Position numbers and translations under genes: made by a program. DNA of 64,000 nucleotides from Deferribacterales bacterium (GTDB lineage: Bacteria; Chrysiogenota; Deferribacteres; Deferribacterales; Geovibrionaceae): positions 1-64,000 of the forward strand of contig JBFWLW010000001.1 in NCBI GenBank assembly GCA_050251945.1, written 5' to 3'. Position 1 is the stretch's first letter; every line of letters begins with the position of its first letter. Of this stretch, positions 1-8,507 are shown in pieces. The notes beneath the pieces were generated by a model that saw only the letters and a program-made list of their open reading frames with translations, searched no databases and had not been told where the DNA came from.

Positions 1-109
1 CTTGTTCATATGCAGCCAAGGCTCGCTGTCGGGTATCTTTGCTTGCATGTTTCATTCATAATATATCGAACAAATCATAATATACGTTAATTATTTCGTG
101 ATATGCTCT
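1..109 (-). mobile_element. Probable left end of an IS630-family element with the transposase N-terminus (truncated by window edge)
   Basis: Minus strand reads (C)TAG-AGCATATCACGAA... from a CTAG at 108-111. An ORF from 55 runs off the window as MKHASKDTRQRALAAYEQ, resembling IS630 HTH N-termini. The junction is exactly where a repeat copy is truncated. Only 18 aa are visible. Confidence 0.45.
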
Positions 110-205
110 AGTGCTCCTCGCGAAGACAAAAAAACGTCTCTGCGAGGGTTTTAACCCGAAGCAGTCTAATGTGAGTCTGTGTAAATTTAGTTTCTCAACA
201 ACCTG
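108..205 (+). mobile_element. Truncated copy of the terminator-targeting MITE (right half)
   Basis: Near-identical to 17714-17806; right TIR tttctcaacaacctg at 191-205 abuts hairpin 206-227. Confidence 0.8.
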
Positions 206-229
206 AAGGCGGTCGGGTGACCGCCTTTT
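206..229. terminator. Hairpin terminator at the end of the P-type ATPase gene
   Basis: aaggcggtc-gggt-gaccgcctt(tt). Confidence 0.7.
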
Positions 230-2368
230 CTATTTTATCTCTTTAATCAGCCGCATACCGTTGGCTGTAACGAGGAGCGATGCTCCCATATCGGCAAATA
301 CAGCCAGCCAGAGGTTTGTTATCCCTGCGAAAGTACCGGCTATGAATATAAATTTTATCAGTACAGAAAAAGTTATGTTCTGTTTTATGACTGCGACGGT
401 TTTTTTGCTCAGCTTTATCAGATAGGGCAGTTTGCCGATATCGTCCGACATTAGTGTGATATCGGCAGTTTCAAGCGCCGCGTCAGTGCCTGCCGCACCC
501 ATGGCGATACCTATGTCAGCCGTTGCAAGTGCCGGAGCGTCGTTCACTCCGTCGCCGACCATGGCTACCTTGCCGTATTTTTCAGCAAGGGGTTTAAGAG
601 CCGCTGTCTTGTCTTCGGGGAGCAGTTCACTGTAGCAAGCGTCAAGTTCAAGCCTTTCCGCTATCATGCCCGCCGCGCGTCTGTTGTCGCCTGTCAGCAT
701 GGCGACACATTCGATGCCGCTGTCTTTCAGTTCGCGCACGGCTTCTTTTCCGCCGTCACGAAGAACGTCCGCAAGTGCCATATAGCCGAATATCTCTTTG
801 TCCGTTCCTGCGAAAACAACGGTTTTGCCCTGTTGTTCAAGCCTTTCCTGTTCGGCTTTATATGCGTCTGCTAGTCCGTTGAAAAGCTTTTTACTGCCGA
901 CATATATTGTTGTGCCTTCTATGTCCGCCTTCGCGCCCATTCCCGGGAGTGCGGCGAAATTATCCGCCTGTTTCAGTAAATTGCGATCAACTGACGTAGC
1001 GATGGAATGAGCGAGAGGGTGTTCGGAAAATCTTTCCACGGACGCAGCCAGAACTTTTAATTCGCTTTCCCCGCCTCTCACTGCGTAAACGTCTGTAAGC
1101 ACCGGTTTACCCGACGTAAGGGTTCCGGTTTTATCAAAAGCTATCGCTTTTATACGGCTCATCTGCTCAAGGAAGATCCCGCCTTTGATGAGCACTCCCC
1201 GTTTGGATGCGTTGCCTATGGCGGAAACTATTGATACCGGAGTGGAGATCACAAGCGCACAGGGGCATGATATCACAAGAAGCACCAGCGCTTTATAAAA
1301 CCATTCGTCAAAGCTCTGTCCGAAAAGAAGCACGGGAACTGCCACAATAAGCACAGCCACGGCTATCACAGCCGGTGTGTACCATGCGGCAAACTTATCC
1401 ACCAGCGTCTGCATGGGTGCTTTCTGCGCCTGAGCTTCCTCAACCATATTCATGATACGGCTGATGGTGGAATCCGATGCCAAGCGGGTCACTTTTATAT
1501 TAAGTGTTCCTGTGGTGTTCAGTGTTCCCGCATATACGTCGTCACCTGTCTGTTTTTCCGCCGGGACGGATTCACCGGTTATGGATGCCTGATTAACAGC
1601 GGAAAATCCGCTGACAACTTCACCATCCATAGCTATTTTTTCCCCGGGTTTAACGAGTATCACGTCGCCTATGTTTATGCTGTCTACATGCAGTTTTTCT
1701 TCGCGTTCGCCGCGGATAATCACCGCTTCGTTGGGTGCTTTTTCCATGAGCGAACGGATTGAACGTCTGGTTTTATCCATTGTGTATGACTGGAGGGCGT
1801 TGCCCAGTGAAAACAGAAATACTACTGTCGCTCCCTCGCTCCACTGACCAATGGCTACCGCACCTATTGCGGCGATGAGCATCAGCAGGTTTGTATCCAT
1901 TATTTTTTTGCTGAGGTTATAGATACCGGTCAGAGCAACATGCCAGCCGCCTGCAAACATCGCCGCTGCGAAGAGCGGAGTGCTGTCAAAAATCAATGCA
2001 GGCATAAGAAACAGCCCTGAAAGTATTGTGCCTATTGTCTTGTTATTTTTCAACCATGAAGAGTTCTGCCCGTCGTCACTTCCGTCAGATGCTATGGCTT
2101 TATAGCCCGCCTGTCTGACAGTGCGTATTATGTCGGCGGAGGTTGTGTTATGACGCACTGTGAGTGTTGCCGATGTGAAACTGAGACGTGCGAAGAGTAC
2201 TTTATCCATCTTTTTCACAGCAGATTCCAGCTTTGCGGCACAGTCGGCGCAGTCCAGTCCTTCTATACGGAAAACGGACTGAACGCCGCCTTCGGGTATG
2301 CCTACATTTTCCTGTTCATGTTCGTGCGAGCCGCAGCAGCAGCATCCGCAACTTTCCTTATCTGACAT
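230..2368 (-). CDS. cadA: Heavy-metal-translocating P1B-type ATPase (Cd/Zn/Pb, CadA/ZntA-like)
   Basis: Cys/His-rich N-terminus, HMA GLDCADC, TGES, ISCPC, DKTGT, GDGVND; start placed at MSDKES behind an AGGAG SD. Confidence 0.93.
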   Translation of the reverse strand: MSDKESCGCCCCGSHEHEQENVGIPEGGVQSVFRIEGLDCADCAAKLESAVKKMDKVLFARLSFTSATLTVRHNTTSADIIRTVRQAGYKAIASDGSDDGQNSSWLKNNKTIGTILSGLFLMPALIFDSTPLFAAAMFAGGWHVALTGIYNLSKKIMDTNLLMLIAAIGAVAIGQWSEGATVVFLFSLGNALQSYTMDKTRRSIRSLMEKAPNEAVIIRGEREEKLHVDSINIGDVILVKPGEKIAMDGEVVSGFSAVNQASITGESVPAEKQTGDDVYAGTLNTTGTLNIKVTRLASDSTISRIMNMVEEAQAQKAPMQTLVDKFAAWYTPAVIAVAVLIVAVPVLLFGQSFDEWFYKALVLLVISCPCALVISTPVSIVSAIGNASKRGVLIKGGIFLEQMSRIKAIAFDKTGTLTSGKPVLTDVYAVRGGESELKVLAASVERFSEHPLAHSIATSVDRNLLKQADNFAALPGMGAKADIEGTTIYVGSKKLFNGLADAYKAEQERLEQQGKTVVFAGTDKEIFGYMALADVLRDGGKEAVRELKDSGIECVAMLTGDNRRAAGMIAERLELDACYSELLPEDKTAALKPLAEKYGKVAMVGDGVNDAPALATADIGIAMGAAGTDAALETADITLMSDDIGKLPYLIKLSKKTVAVIKQNITFSVLIKFIFIAGTFAGITNLWLAVFADMGASLLVTANGMRLIKEIK

Positions 2369-2379
2369 ATTCAGGCTCC

Positions 2380-2739
2380 TTACTGATGATTTATGTGGTC
2401 CAGACCCATGCACAGAAGCCCGAGTATGTGTGCATCATCCAGAGAATAGATAACTTCTTTTCCCTCTTTTCTGTATTTCACCAGCCTGTAGCTTTTCAGC
2501 ATCCTGAGCTGGTGGGATATGGCCGACTGACCCATTCCCAGCGTTTCAGCCAGATCGCAGACGCAGAGTTCGCGTCCCGTCAGCGAGTGGAGTATCTTTA
2601 TGCGGGTGGGGTCACCCAATATCTTGAACATTTCTGCAAGACGGTGTATGTCGGAATCTGGCAGCATTGCCGATTTTGCCAGACAGACAACGTTTTCGTC
2701 ATGATTGCAGTTTTTTTCGCATACTATTCTGTCTTCCAT
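2380..2739 (-). CDS. ArsR/SmtB-family metal-sensing repressor (CadC/ZiaR-like)
   Basis: FKILGDPTRIKIL, ELCVCDLA, SAISHQLR, C-terminal DDAH...LDH metal site; directly upstream of the ATPase. Confidence 0.93.
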   Translation of the reverse strand: MEDRIVCEKNCNHDENVVCLAKSAMLPDSDIHRLAEMFKILGDPTRIKILHSLTGRELCVCDLAETLGMGQSAISHQLRMLKSYRLVKYRKEGKEVIYSLDDAHILGLLCMGLDHINHQ

Positions 2740-2747
2740 ATTACCCT

Positions 2748-2799
2748 CTAACGTATGAATATATATTCATACGTTAGTCTAAAAAGACGGATGTGTCAA
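2748..2799 (-). promoter_or_regulatory. Sigma70 promoter with overlapping ArsR/SmtB operator
   Basis: TTGACA (2799-2794)-17 bp-TAACGT (2776-2771); perfect 30-bp palindrome ctaacgtatgaatatatattcatacgttag at 2748-2777. Confidence 0.85.
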
Positions 2800-2808
2800 T
2801 AATGGAAA

Positions 2809-4506
2809 TTAAAAAATTACGGGAGCGAAGATTCCGTTCGTGTTGACGACCGCCCAGACGGTCTTTGAGGATGTGTCTGCTCCGTAGGTGCCGAGAGGAT
2901 ATTCGGGTTTCCACGCACCTTTGACAAACTGTTTGACTCCGCCGATGTTGAAATCTGCGGCGTTCCGCCAAAATCCGTCTGTGCCGAGTTTTGCCAGAAC
3001 GGGTTCGCCTGTATTGTAACTTACGGAAAGCGTGAATATGTCTGTATTCACCGTTGAAAAATCCATCCCGCGCAGTGAGAGGATATCGCCAGCCGTGGCG
3101 CTGTCCTGCGGGTAAAATCCGGCGTTGACCTCGACACTGAACCTGCGTCCTGCAAAATCTTTTGCGTCGCGGGTGTTTACGCCGCCAATAATTTTTGCTC
3201 TTGTTCCGCTTTCCGATGTTATGTCAACGGCGGAATAGGGCTTGCCGTATTCGATGAAAAAATCTTTTCCGTTGAGACTACAGCCGAAAGTTTCCTTATG
3301 ACTGAAAGTGAGATATGGCGTGTCCGCTATTGTGTCTCCGGTGCGGCACAGGGACGAATAATAGTCGAACGTCATGTGATCGCCGTCAATCGTGACGATG
3401 TAATATCCTATAGCGAAAAGCTCCTGACTGATGAGCTTCTGGCGTTTCCCCTCACAAAATACCTCGTCGTTGGACGGTCTGCGCGGAAAGTAGAATTTTG
3501 AACTGTTTGAAGCGGTTATAAGCTGGTTCACATATGCCGTTTCGCCGTCTTTTGTATAAACACGGCTCCTGTCGTGCATGTGGTCATGACCGCATATCAG
3601 GTATCTTGCCCCGTTATCTTTCATGGCTTTTATAAATTCGTCCTGACCGGGTGTGGATGCCGATGGTTCCGCACCGAACAGTATGCCTCTGTTGTGCTGT
3701 GTCAGAAGCCCTTTGTGGGTGAACACCATGGCGTGTCCGCTTTTGTCTCTATCTTTCAGACGGGAAATTATCCACTTCTGCTGGCTTCTTATGGTGTGTT
3801 CAAATCCATCCGCCGCTTCATACTGGTCGGCGGTTATGAACCTGACGTTTTTATGATCGAATGAGTAGGACAATCCTTTAAGCTTAGCGGAAGGGAAGGA
3901 AAAATCTGTTCCCAGTTTAAATGAGCCTGTGGTGCGTCTGATGTCGGGCAGGTTTGCCGCATCAGGATTGAAAGCCCCGTATGCTCTGATCTGCGCCTTT
4001 TCGTCATTCTGCCAGCCGCCAGCCGTCTGGGGAAAGTGCTGTAGAAATTCAACAGCGGCTATCTGTGAATCATCGTGGTTGCCGCGTATCGGAAAGAAAG
4101 CTATGCCGCTGTTATAAAGCGCCTGAGCGTATCGCGCTCTGACACCCATTGCGTCGGCTGGGGAGTAAACGTCGGTTTTGTCTGTGCTTTTGTTATACAC
4201 AGCGAAAGGTTTTTTGCCGCTGTCTGTGAGGTCGCCAACCTGTAAAACCAGTTCAACCCCGTGCCTTATGAACTCCGCGTTCAGAGCGTTTATTATCTCA
4301 ACTGCGCAGGATGCGGGGTTCTTTCCGTTGTCGTCGCCCATCCACTGACTGTCTGACATTATTCCGAATTTCCATGCTGATTTCGTTGGTATTTTTGAAG
4401 ACGGAAGAGGCTTTGACCGCTGTTTCCGCTTTTGAGAAAAGCATCCCGAAGATGCTGCGGCGACTGCCGCCATGAATATTTTTACGAAATGCCTTCTGCT
4501 TAACAT
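2809..4506 (-). CDS. Tat-exported calcineurin-like metallophosphoesterase, probable lipoprotein (paralogue 1)
   Basis: SRRHFVK twin-Arg signal plus SSGC lipobox; motifs SDSQ, GDLTD, GNHD, THK, GHDH. Confidence 0.85.
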   Translation of the reverse strand: MLSRRHFVKIFMAAVAAASSGCFSQKRKQRSKPLPSSKIPTKSAWKFGIMSDSQWMGDDNGKNPASCAVEIINALNAEFIRHGVELVLQVGDLTDSGKKPFAVYNKSTDKTDVYSPADAMGVRARYAQALYNSGIAFFPIRGNHDDSQIAAVEFLQHFPQTAGGWQNDEKAQIRAYGAFNPDAANLPDIRRTTGSFKLGTDFSFPSAKLKGLSYSFDHKNVRFITADQYEAADGFEHTIRSQQKWIISRLKDRDKSGHAMVFTHKGLLTQHNRGILFGAEPSASTPGQDEFIKAMKDNGARYLICGHDHMHDRSRVYTKDGETAYVNQLITASNSSKFYFPRRPSNDEVFCEGKRQKLISQELFAIGYYIVTIDGDHMTFDYYSSLCRTGDTIADTPYLTFSHKETFGCSLNGKDFFIEYGKPYSAVDITSESGTRAKIIGGVNTRDAKDFAGRRFSVEVNAGFYPQDSATAGDILSLRGMDFSTVNTDIFTLSVSYNTGEPVLAKLGTDGFWRNAADFNIGGVKQFVKGAWKPEYPLGTYGADTSSKTVWAVVNTNGIFAPVIF

Positions 4507-4521
4507 AGGCTATCATAACAC

Positions 4522-4552
4522 AAAAAAGGGTGACCTGGGTCACCCTTTTTTT
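4522..4552. terminator. Bidirectional intrinsic terminator between the two phosphoesterase genes
   Basis: aaaaaagggtgacc-tg-ggtcaccctttttt. Confidence 0.85.
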
Positions 4553-4569
4553 CTGAGGCTTAAGGAGTA

Positions 4570-6387
4570 TTATATACCTTTTACGGCTGCGAAATATCCG
4601 TTGCTGTTGATAACTGCCCAAACAGTTTTGGATGTTGTGTCAACACCCCATGTACCAAGTGAATAGCCGTCTGTCCATGCGCCATTAACAAACTCTGCAG
4701 TTCCGTCGGTGTTTGCGTTTACCGCATTTTCCCATACACCGTTTGCATTGAGTTTTGCGAGACCGAACGCCTGATCCTCGATGTCTGCATCTGTTATGCT
4801 TGAATCGGAATAGCTCATGGAAAGTGTGAAAACGTCTGTTTCAGTGCTTCCCATGGTATAGTCCATACCTTTCAGGCTGAGGATGTCGCTTGATGTAGTG
4901 TCGTCCTGAGCATAGAAACCTGCGTTTACCTCAACACTGAAGCTGCGGCCTGAAATATCTTTTGCTACGTTTGCGTTTTTTCCGTCAAGTATAACGGCTC
5001 TTGTGCCGCCTGTGCTTGTGATGTCCACGTCTGTGTAGTCGGAACCGTAGGTTATCAGGAAGTCCGAACCGTTGAGGCTGTAACCGAAAGTTTCCTTTTT
5101 CTTAAATGTCAATGTGGGTGTGGTGGTGATAGAGTCGGCTGAGTAGCTGGGTGCTGAATAATAGTCAAATGAAACGTGTTCGTCGTCGACTGTTACGATG
5201 TAGTAACCGATTCCGTAAAGTTCCTGACTGATGATTTTCTGTCTGATACCGCCACTGTATGTCACATCGTTTGAAGGGCTAGAAGGCGTATAGAATTTTG
5301 AACTGTCTGAAGCTGTTACAAGCTGAGTCACTTTTGCGGCAGCGCCGTCAGTGGTGTAAACGTGGCTTCTGTCATGCATGTGGTCGTGACCGTTGATGTA
5401 GTACTTGACATCGTTGTCTGACAGACTTGTGATAAATGCATCCTGTACTGCCGCGTCTGTACTTGTGGTGCTGGCGGGAGTTGAACCGAAAACTGTGTCT
5501 GTGTGATCCTGTGTCAGAACTCCTTTGTGTGAAAGAACAAAGGCGTGTGTGCCTGTCTGTCTGCTGGAAAGAACTGAGTCGACCCATGACTGCTGTGAAT
5601 CTACTGTGTATGCGGTGCCGTCTGTGGATGTGAAGATATCAAGGATGACGAATCTGGCGTTATCATAGTCAAAAGAATATGAAAGACCGTCAAGTGCCGT
5701 TGAGGGGCTGGTGAAAGATGAACCCATGTCGAATGATGATGTGTTTGTTCTCGTAATTGTGGGAAGGTAAGCTGCATCAGGGTTCTGTGCCGCATATGCC
5801 GCTGTCTGAACTGATGTTACGTTGTGTACGCCTGTTGTTGTCTGGGGAAAATAGTTGTTGAACTCAAGAGCGGCTGACTGTGAGTCGTCATGGTTTCCTC
5901 TCATGGGGAAGAAGCCTATGTTGTTGTTGTAGAGTTCCTGAACATATCTTGCTCTGACACCCATGGCGTCTGCAACTGAATAAGTATAGGTAAGACCTGT
6001 TTTTGTGTTGTTTGCTGTGAATGTGTTTCTGCCGTCGTCTGTGAGGTCGCCCACGTGGATCACGAATTTTACGCCGTGTTCGACAAATTTTGCGTTAAGA
6101 GCGTTGATTATGTCAACTGCACAGGATGCGGGGTTTTCGCCGTCGTCATCCTTTGTCCACTGTGTGTCGGAGATTATACCGAATTTCCATGCGCTTGCAG
6201 AGGGGAGGGTGGATTTCGGAACGTAGGTTTCGGGTGTTTCGGGACTGGCAGGTGTTTCGGTTGAGCTGTCGCTGTCGTCTCCGCAGCCGACCACTGAACC
6301 GGCTGCAACAACAGCCATAGACGCAGCCGAGAATTTTATGAACTGGCGTCTGTTGATTCCTTTTTTGATATTTTCGTTTTCTGACAT
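4570..6387 (-). CDS. Tat-exported calcineurin-like metallophosphoesterase, probable lipoprotein (paralogue 2)
   Basis: NRRQFIK signal plus VVGC lipobox; SDTQ, GDLTD, GNHD, GHDH; colinear with 2809-4506 over nearly its whole length. Confidence 0.87.
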   Translation of the reverse strand: MSENENIKKGINRRQFIKFSAASMAVVAAGSVVGCGDDSDSSTETPASPETPETYVPKSTLPSASAWKFGIISDTQWTKDDDGENPASCAVDIINALNAKFVEHGVKFVIHVGDLTDDGRNTFTANNTKTGLTYTYSVADAMGVRARYVQELYNNNIGFFPMRGNHDDSQSAALEFNNYFPQTTTGVHNVTSVQTAAYAAQNPDAAYLPTITRTNTSSFDMGSSFTSPSTALDGLSYSFDYDNARFVILDIFTSTDGTAYTVDSQQSWVDSVLSSRQTGTHAFVLSHKGVLTQDHTDTVFGSTPASTTSTDAAVQDAFITSLSDNDVKYYINGHDHMHDRSHVYTTDGAAAKVTQLVTASDSSKFYTPSSPSNDVTYSGGIRQKIISQELYGIGYYIVTVDDEHVSFDYYSAPSYSADSITTTPTLTFKKKETFGYSLNGSDFLITYGSDYTDVDITSTGGTRAVILDGKNANVAKDISGRSFSVEVNAGFYAQDDTTSSDILSLKGMDYTMGSTETDVFTLSMSYSDSSITDADIEDQAFGLAKLNANGVWENAVNANTDGTAEFVNGAWTDGYSLGTWGVDTTSKTVWAVINSNGYFAAVKGI

Positions 6388-6547
6388 AATGTCACCTCAT
6401 AGGTTTTCGCTATTAACGCTCAAAAATGTCAGAAATGTAGTATGATAATATTATTAATATGTAATAAAAAAAATATATCTATGTTAAACAAGGGCGTTTA
6501 CTGTTCGGGTATTTCTTTAATAAAAGAAATGGCGGCATGAACCGCCA

Positions 6548-6733
6548 TATGTTGTTGATAAACTCAATTTTGATGAAATCCAATGAGACTGCTTCGTCGC
6601 CATGCTCCTCGCAGAGACGGTTTTTGTCTTCGCGAGGAGCACTAGCCGAAGGCTGAATGAGTCCACTTTAAACTATTTATCGAATAAATGCGACGACGCG
6701 ATCTCGCATTTTACTGACTTTGTCATCAGGCTG
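6548..6733 (-). mobile_element. Terminator-targeting MITE, complete inverted copy (186 bp)
   Basis: TIRs tatgttgttgataaa (6548-6562) and tttgtcatcaggctg (6719-6733); flanking 18-bp hairpin direct repeats 6530-6547 and 6734-6751 (16/18 identical); internal REP doublet. Confidence 0.8.
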
Positions 6734-6755
6734 TGGCGGCATAAGCCGCCATATG

Positions 6756-7580
6756 TCATTTGGAAGGAACCGTTATTGTTTCAGATTCAGGAGTTGTCTC
6801 CGGCGTTTGCACAGGTGCTGACTCTGCGGCAGGAGGGGTTATTTCCTCCGGAGCCGGAACCGTGTCTGTTACAGCGGGTTCAGGTGCGGGAACCGCATCG
6901 GGTGACACAGGCAGAAGGTCTGACGGAGTGTCCGACATATAAGGAGTGAGAATGTCGCGCCACAGTGTATAACCCTGCGCGGTGAGGTGTGTTCCGTCAT
7001 ATGTATATTCGTCTTTCAGAAATCCGTCGGGGGCAAGGGTAGGGTTCAGGTCAATGAACGCATATCCGTTTTTGTCCGCGTATTCTTTCAGAAGTTTATT
7101 GAGTTCCGCTATCCGTGCATTGTACGCGTCGTATTTGGGATTCAGCTTTCCGAGGAAAATTACGGACTGGATGTGGGGCTTTATGCCCTGAACTACCAGA
7201 AAGTCGATTATCTTGGTGTATCTGGCGAAGATGGATGCCGGAAGCTGATATTTTGAGATATCGTTTATCCCCGCAAGCACAAAGGCTTTTTCTATCCTGC
7301 CTGTGGTGGTGTACTCAAGACGGTCAAGCATCCAGAACGTAGTGTCGCCGGGGATCCCTCTGTTTATGATGTCGCTGCGCTTCATCAGTTCGTTCCAATA
7401 TGCGCCGTAGGTGATGGAATCGCCGAGCATCAGTATGCGTCCGAACTCGTTGATGCCGTACATTTTATACATCTCAGCAGTTCTTTCGTATCCTGTGGGT
7501 TTCGTAAACTCTCTTTTTGGTGTGGCAGCCTGTACCAGTATGGATGATGCAAGCATGAAAATTATTAATAGAAAACGCAT
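6756..7580 (-). CDS. Secreted SGNH/GDSL hydrolase with Pro/Thr/Glu-rich tail
   Basis: Signal peptide; GDSIT, NRGIPG, GIND, DGTH blocks. Confidence 0.88.
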   Translation of the reverse strand: MRFLLIIFMLASSILVQAATPKREFTKPTGYERTAEMYKMYGINEFGRILMLGDSITYGAYWNELMKRSDIINRGIPGDTTFWMLDRLEYTTTGRIEKAFVLAGINDISKYQLPASIFARYTKIIDFLVVQGIKPHIQSVIFLGKLNPKYDAYNARIAELNKLLKEYADKNGYAFIDLNPTLAPDGFLKDEYTYDGTHLTAQGYTLWRDILTPYMSDTPSDLLPVSPDAVPAPEPAVTDTVPAPEEITPPAAESAPVQTPETTPESETITVPSK

Positions 7581-7689
7581 TTTCGTTCCCTCAGTTGTAT
7601 TTGCAGCGAATGTTCTACAGCAAAAAAAATAAGAAATCCAGAGATTTTATATGAGGTGTATTGTATATTTGTAAAACCCGTTTGTATCG

Positions 7690-7724
7690 TTGCCAAATCC
7701 TGTTTGCAGGGGTATTTTATTACT
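7690..7724 (+). promoter_or_regulatory. Sigma70 promoter directly before the ATG (leaderless layout)
   Basis: TTGCCA (7690)-17-TATTTT (7713)-6 nt-ATG (7725); no SD. Confidence 0.6.
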
Positions 7725-8453
7725 ATGAAAATTATTGCGCACAGAGGCGCTTCTTTTTTTGCGCCGGAGAACACCATATCCGCTTTCCGTTTGGGAATAG
7801 AGGAGGGTGCTGACGGTATTGAGCTTGACGTGAGGCTTACGTCCGACGGCAGGATAATCGCCCTGCACGATGTCACCACTGCAAGAACTGCTGATAAACT
7901 GTTTCGCGCGGAGGAAACACCTTTCTGGCTCATTGAGACGTGCGATGCAGGAAGCTGGAAATCATCAAAATATAAGAATGAACGTATTCCGTCTCTGGAC
8001 GAGGTGCTTGAATTTATGCCAGAAAACCGCGACATATACATAGAGATAAAATGCGGTACCGAGATAATTCCTTTTCTTTCAGAACTTTTACAGAGTGTTC
8101 CCCGTCATAAAGATAATGTTGTGATATTCGGGTTCGGGTATGACGTTGCCGCGGAGGCAAAAAGAGTTCTGCCGGAATACAGGGTGCTTTGGATAGGCGA
8201 GTTCGGATTTAATATCCAGCTTGATGACGGAATGTACGACCATGCGGAAAAGCTTGTAAGGCAGGCGAATCTGGACGGGTTTTCCACCCGTGCGGACAGG
8301 ATTCATGTGCCTGTTATGCGTGAACGCCTGAAAGACCTGTCCCTTAACGTCTGGACGGTGGACGATCCTCAGGATGCTCTGTTCTATCAGGAAGCAGGTG
8401 TTGACAGTCTCACCACAAACCGCCCCGAAAGGATCATCAACGTAATTTTTTGA
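7725..8453 (+). CDS. Glycerophosphodiester phosphodiesterase (UgpQ/GlpQ family, cytoplasmic)
   Basis: IAHRGAS, PENT, ELDV, HD, EIK, WTVD, TTNRP motifs. Confidence 0.92.
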   Translation: MKIIAHRGASFFAPENTISAFRLGIEEGADGIELDVRLTSDGRIIALHDVTTARTADKLFRAEETPFWLIETCDAGSWKSSKYKNERIPSLDEVLEFMPENRDIYIEIKCGTEIIPFLSELLQSVPRHKDNVVIFGFGYDVAAEAKRVLPEYRVLWIGEFGFNIQLDDGMYDHAEKLVRQANLDGFSTRADRIHVPVMRERLKDLSLNVWTVDDPQDALFYQEAGVDSLTTNRPERIINVIF

Positions 8454-8507
8454 TCCTCATCAATTACAGATCACATTGCTTATATTATTTATATTTCCGG
8501 GGGAAAC

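Noticed and set aside
6420..6490. Pho-box-like TGTCA/TGTAA words upstream of the phosphoesterases
   Set aside because: No clean 11-bp periodicity, and the AT-rich background makes chance matches likely.
6602..6949. 115-aa plus-strand ORF
   Set aside because: Begins in the MITE and overlaps the SGNH gene antisense.
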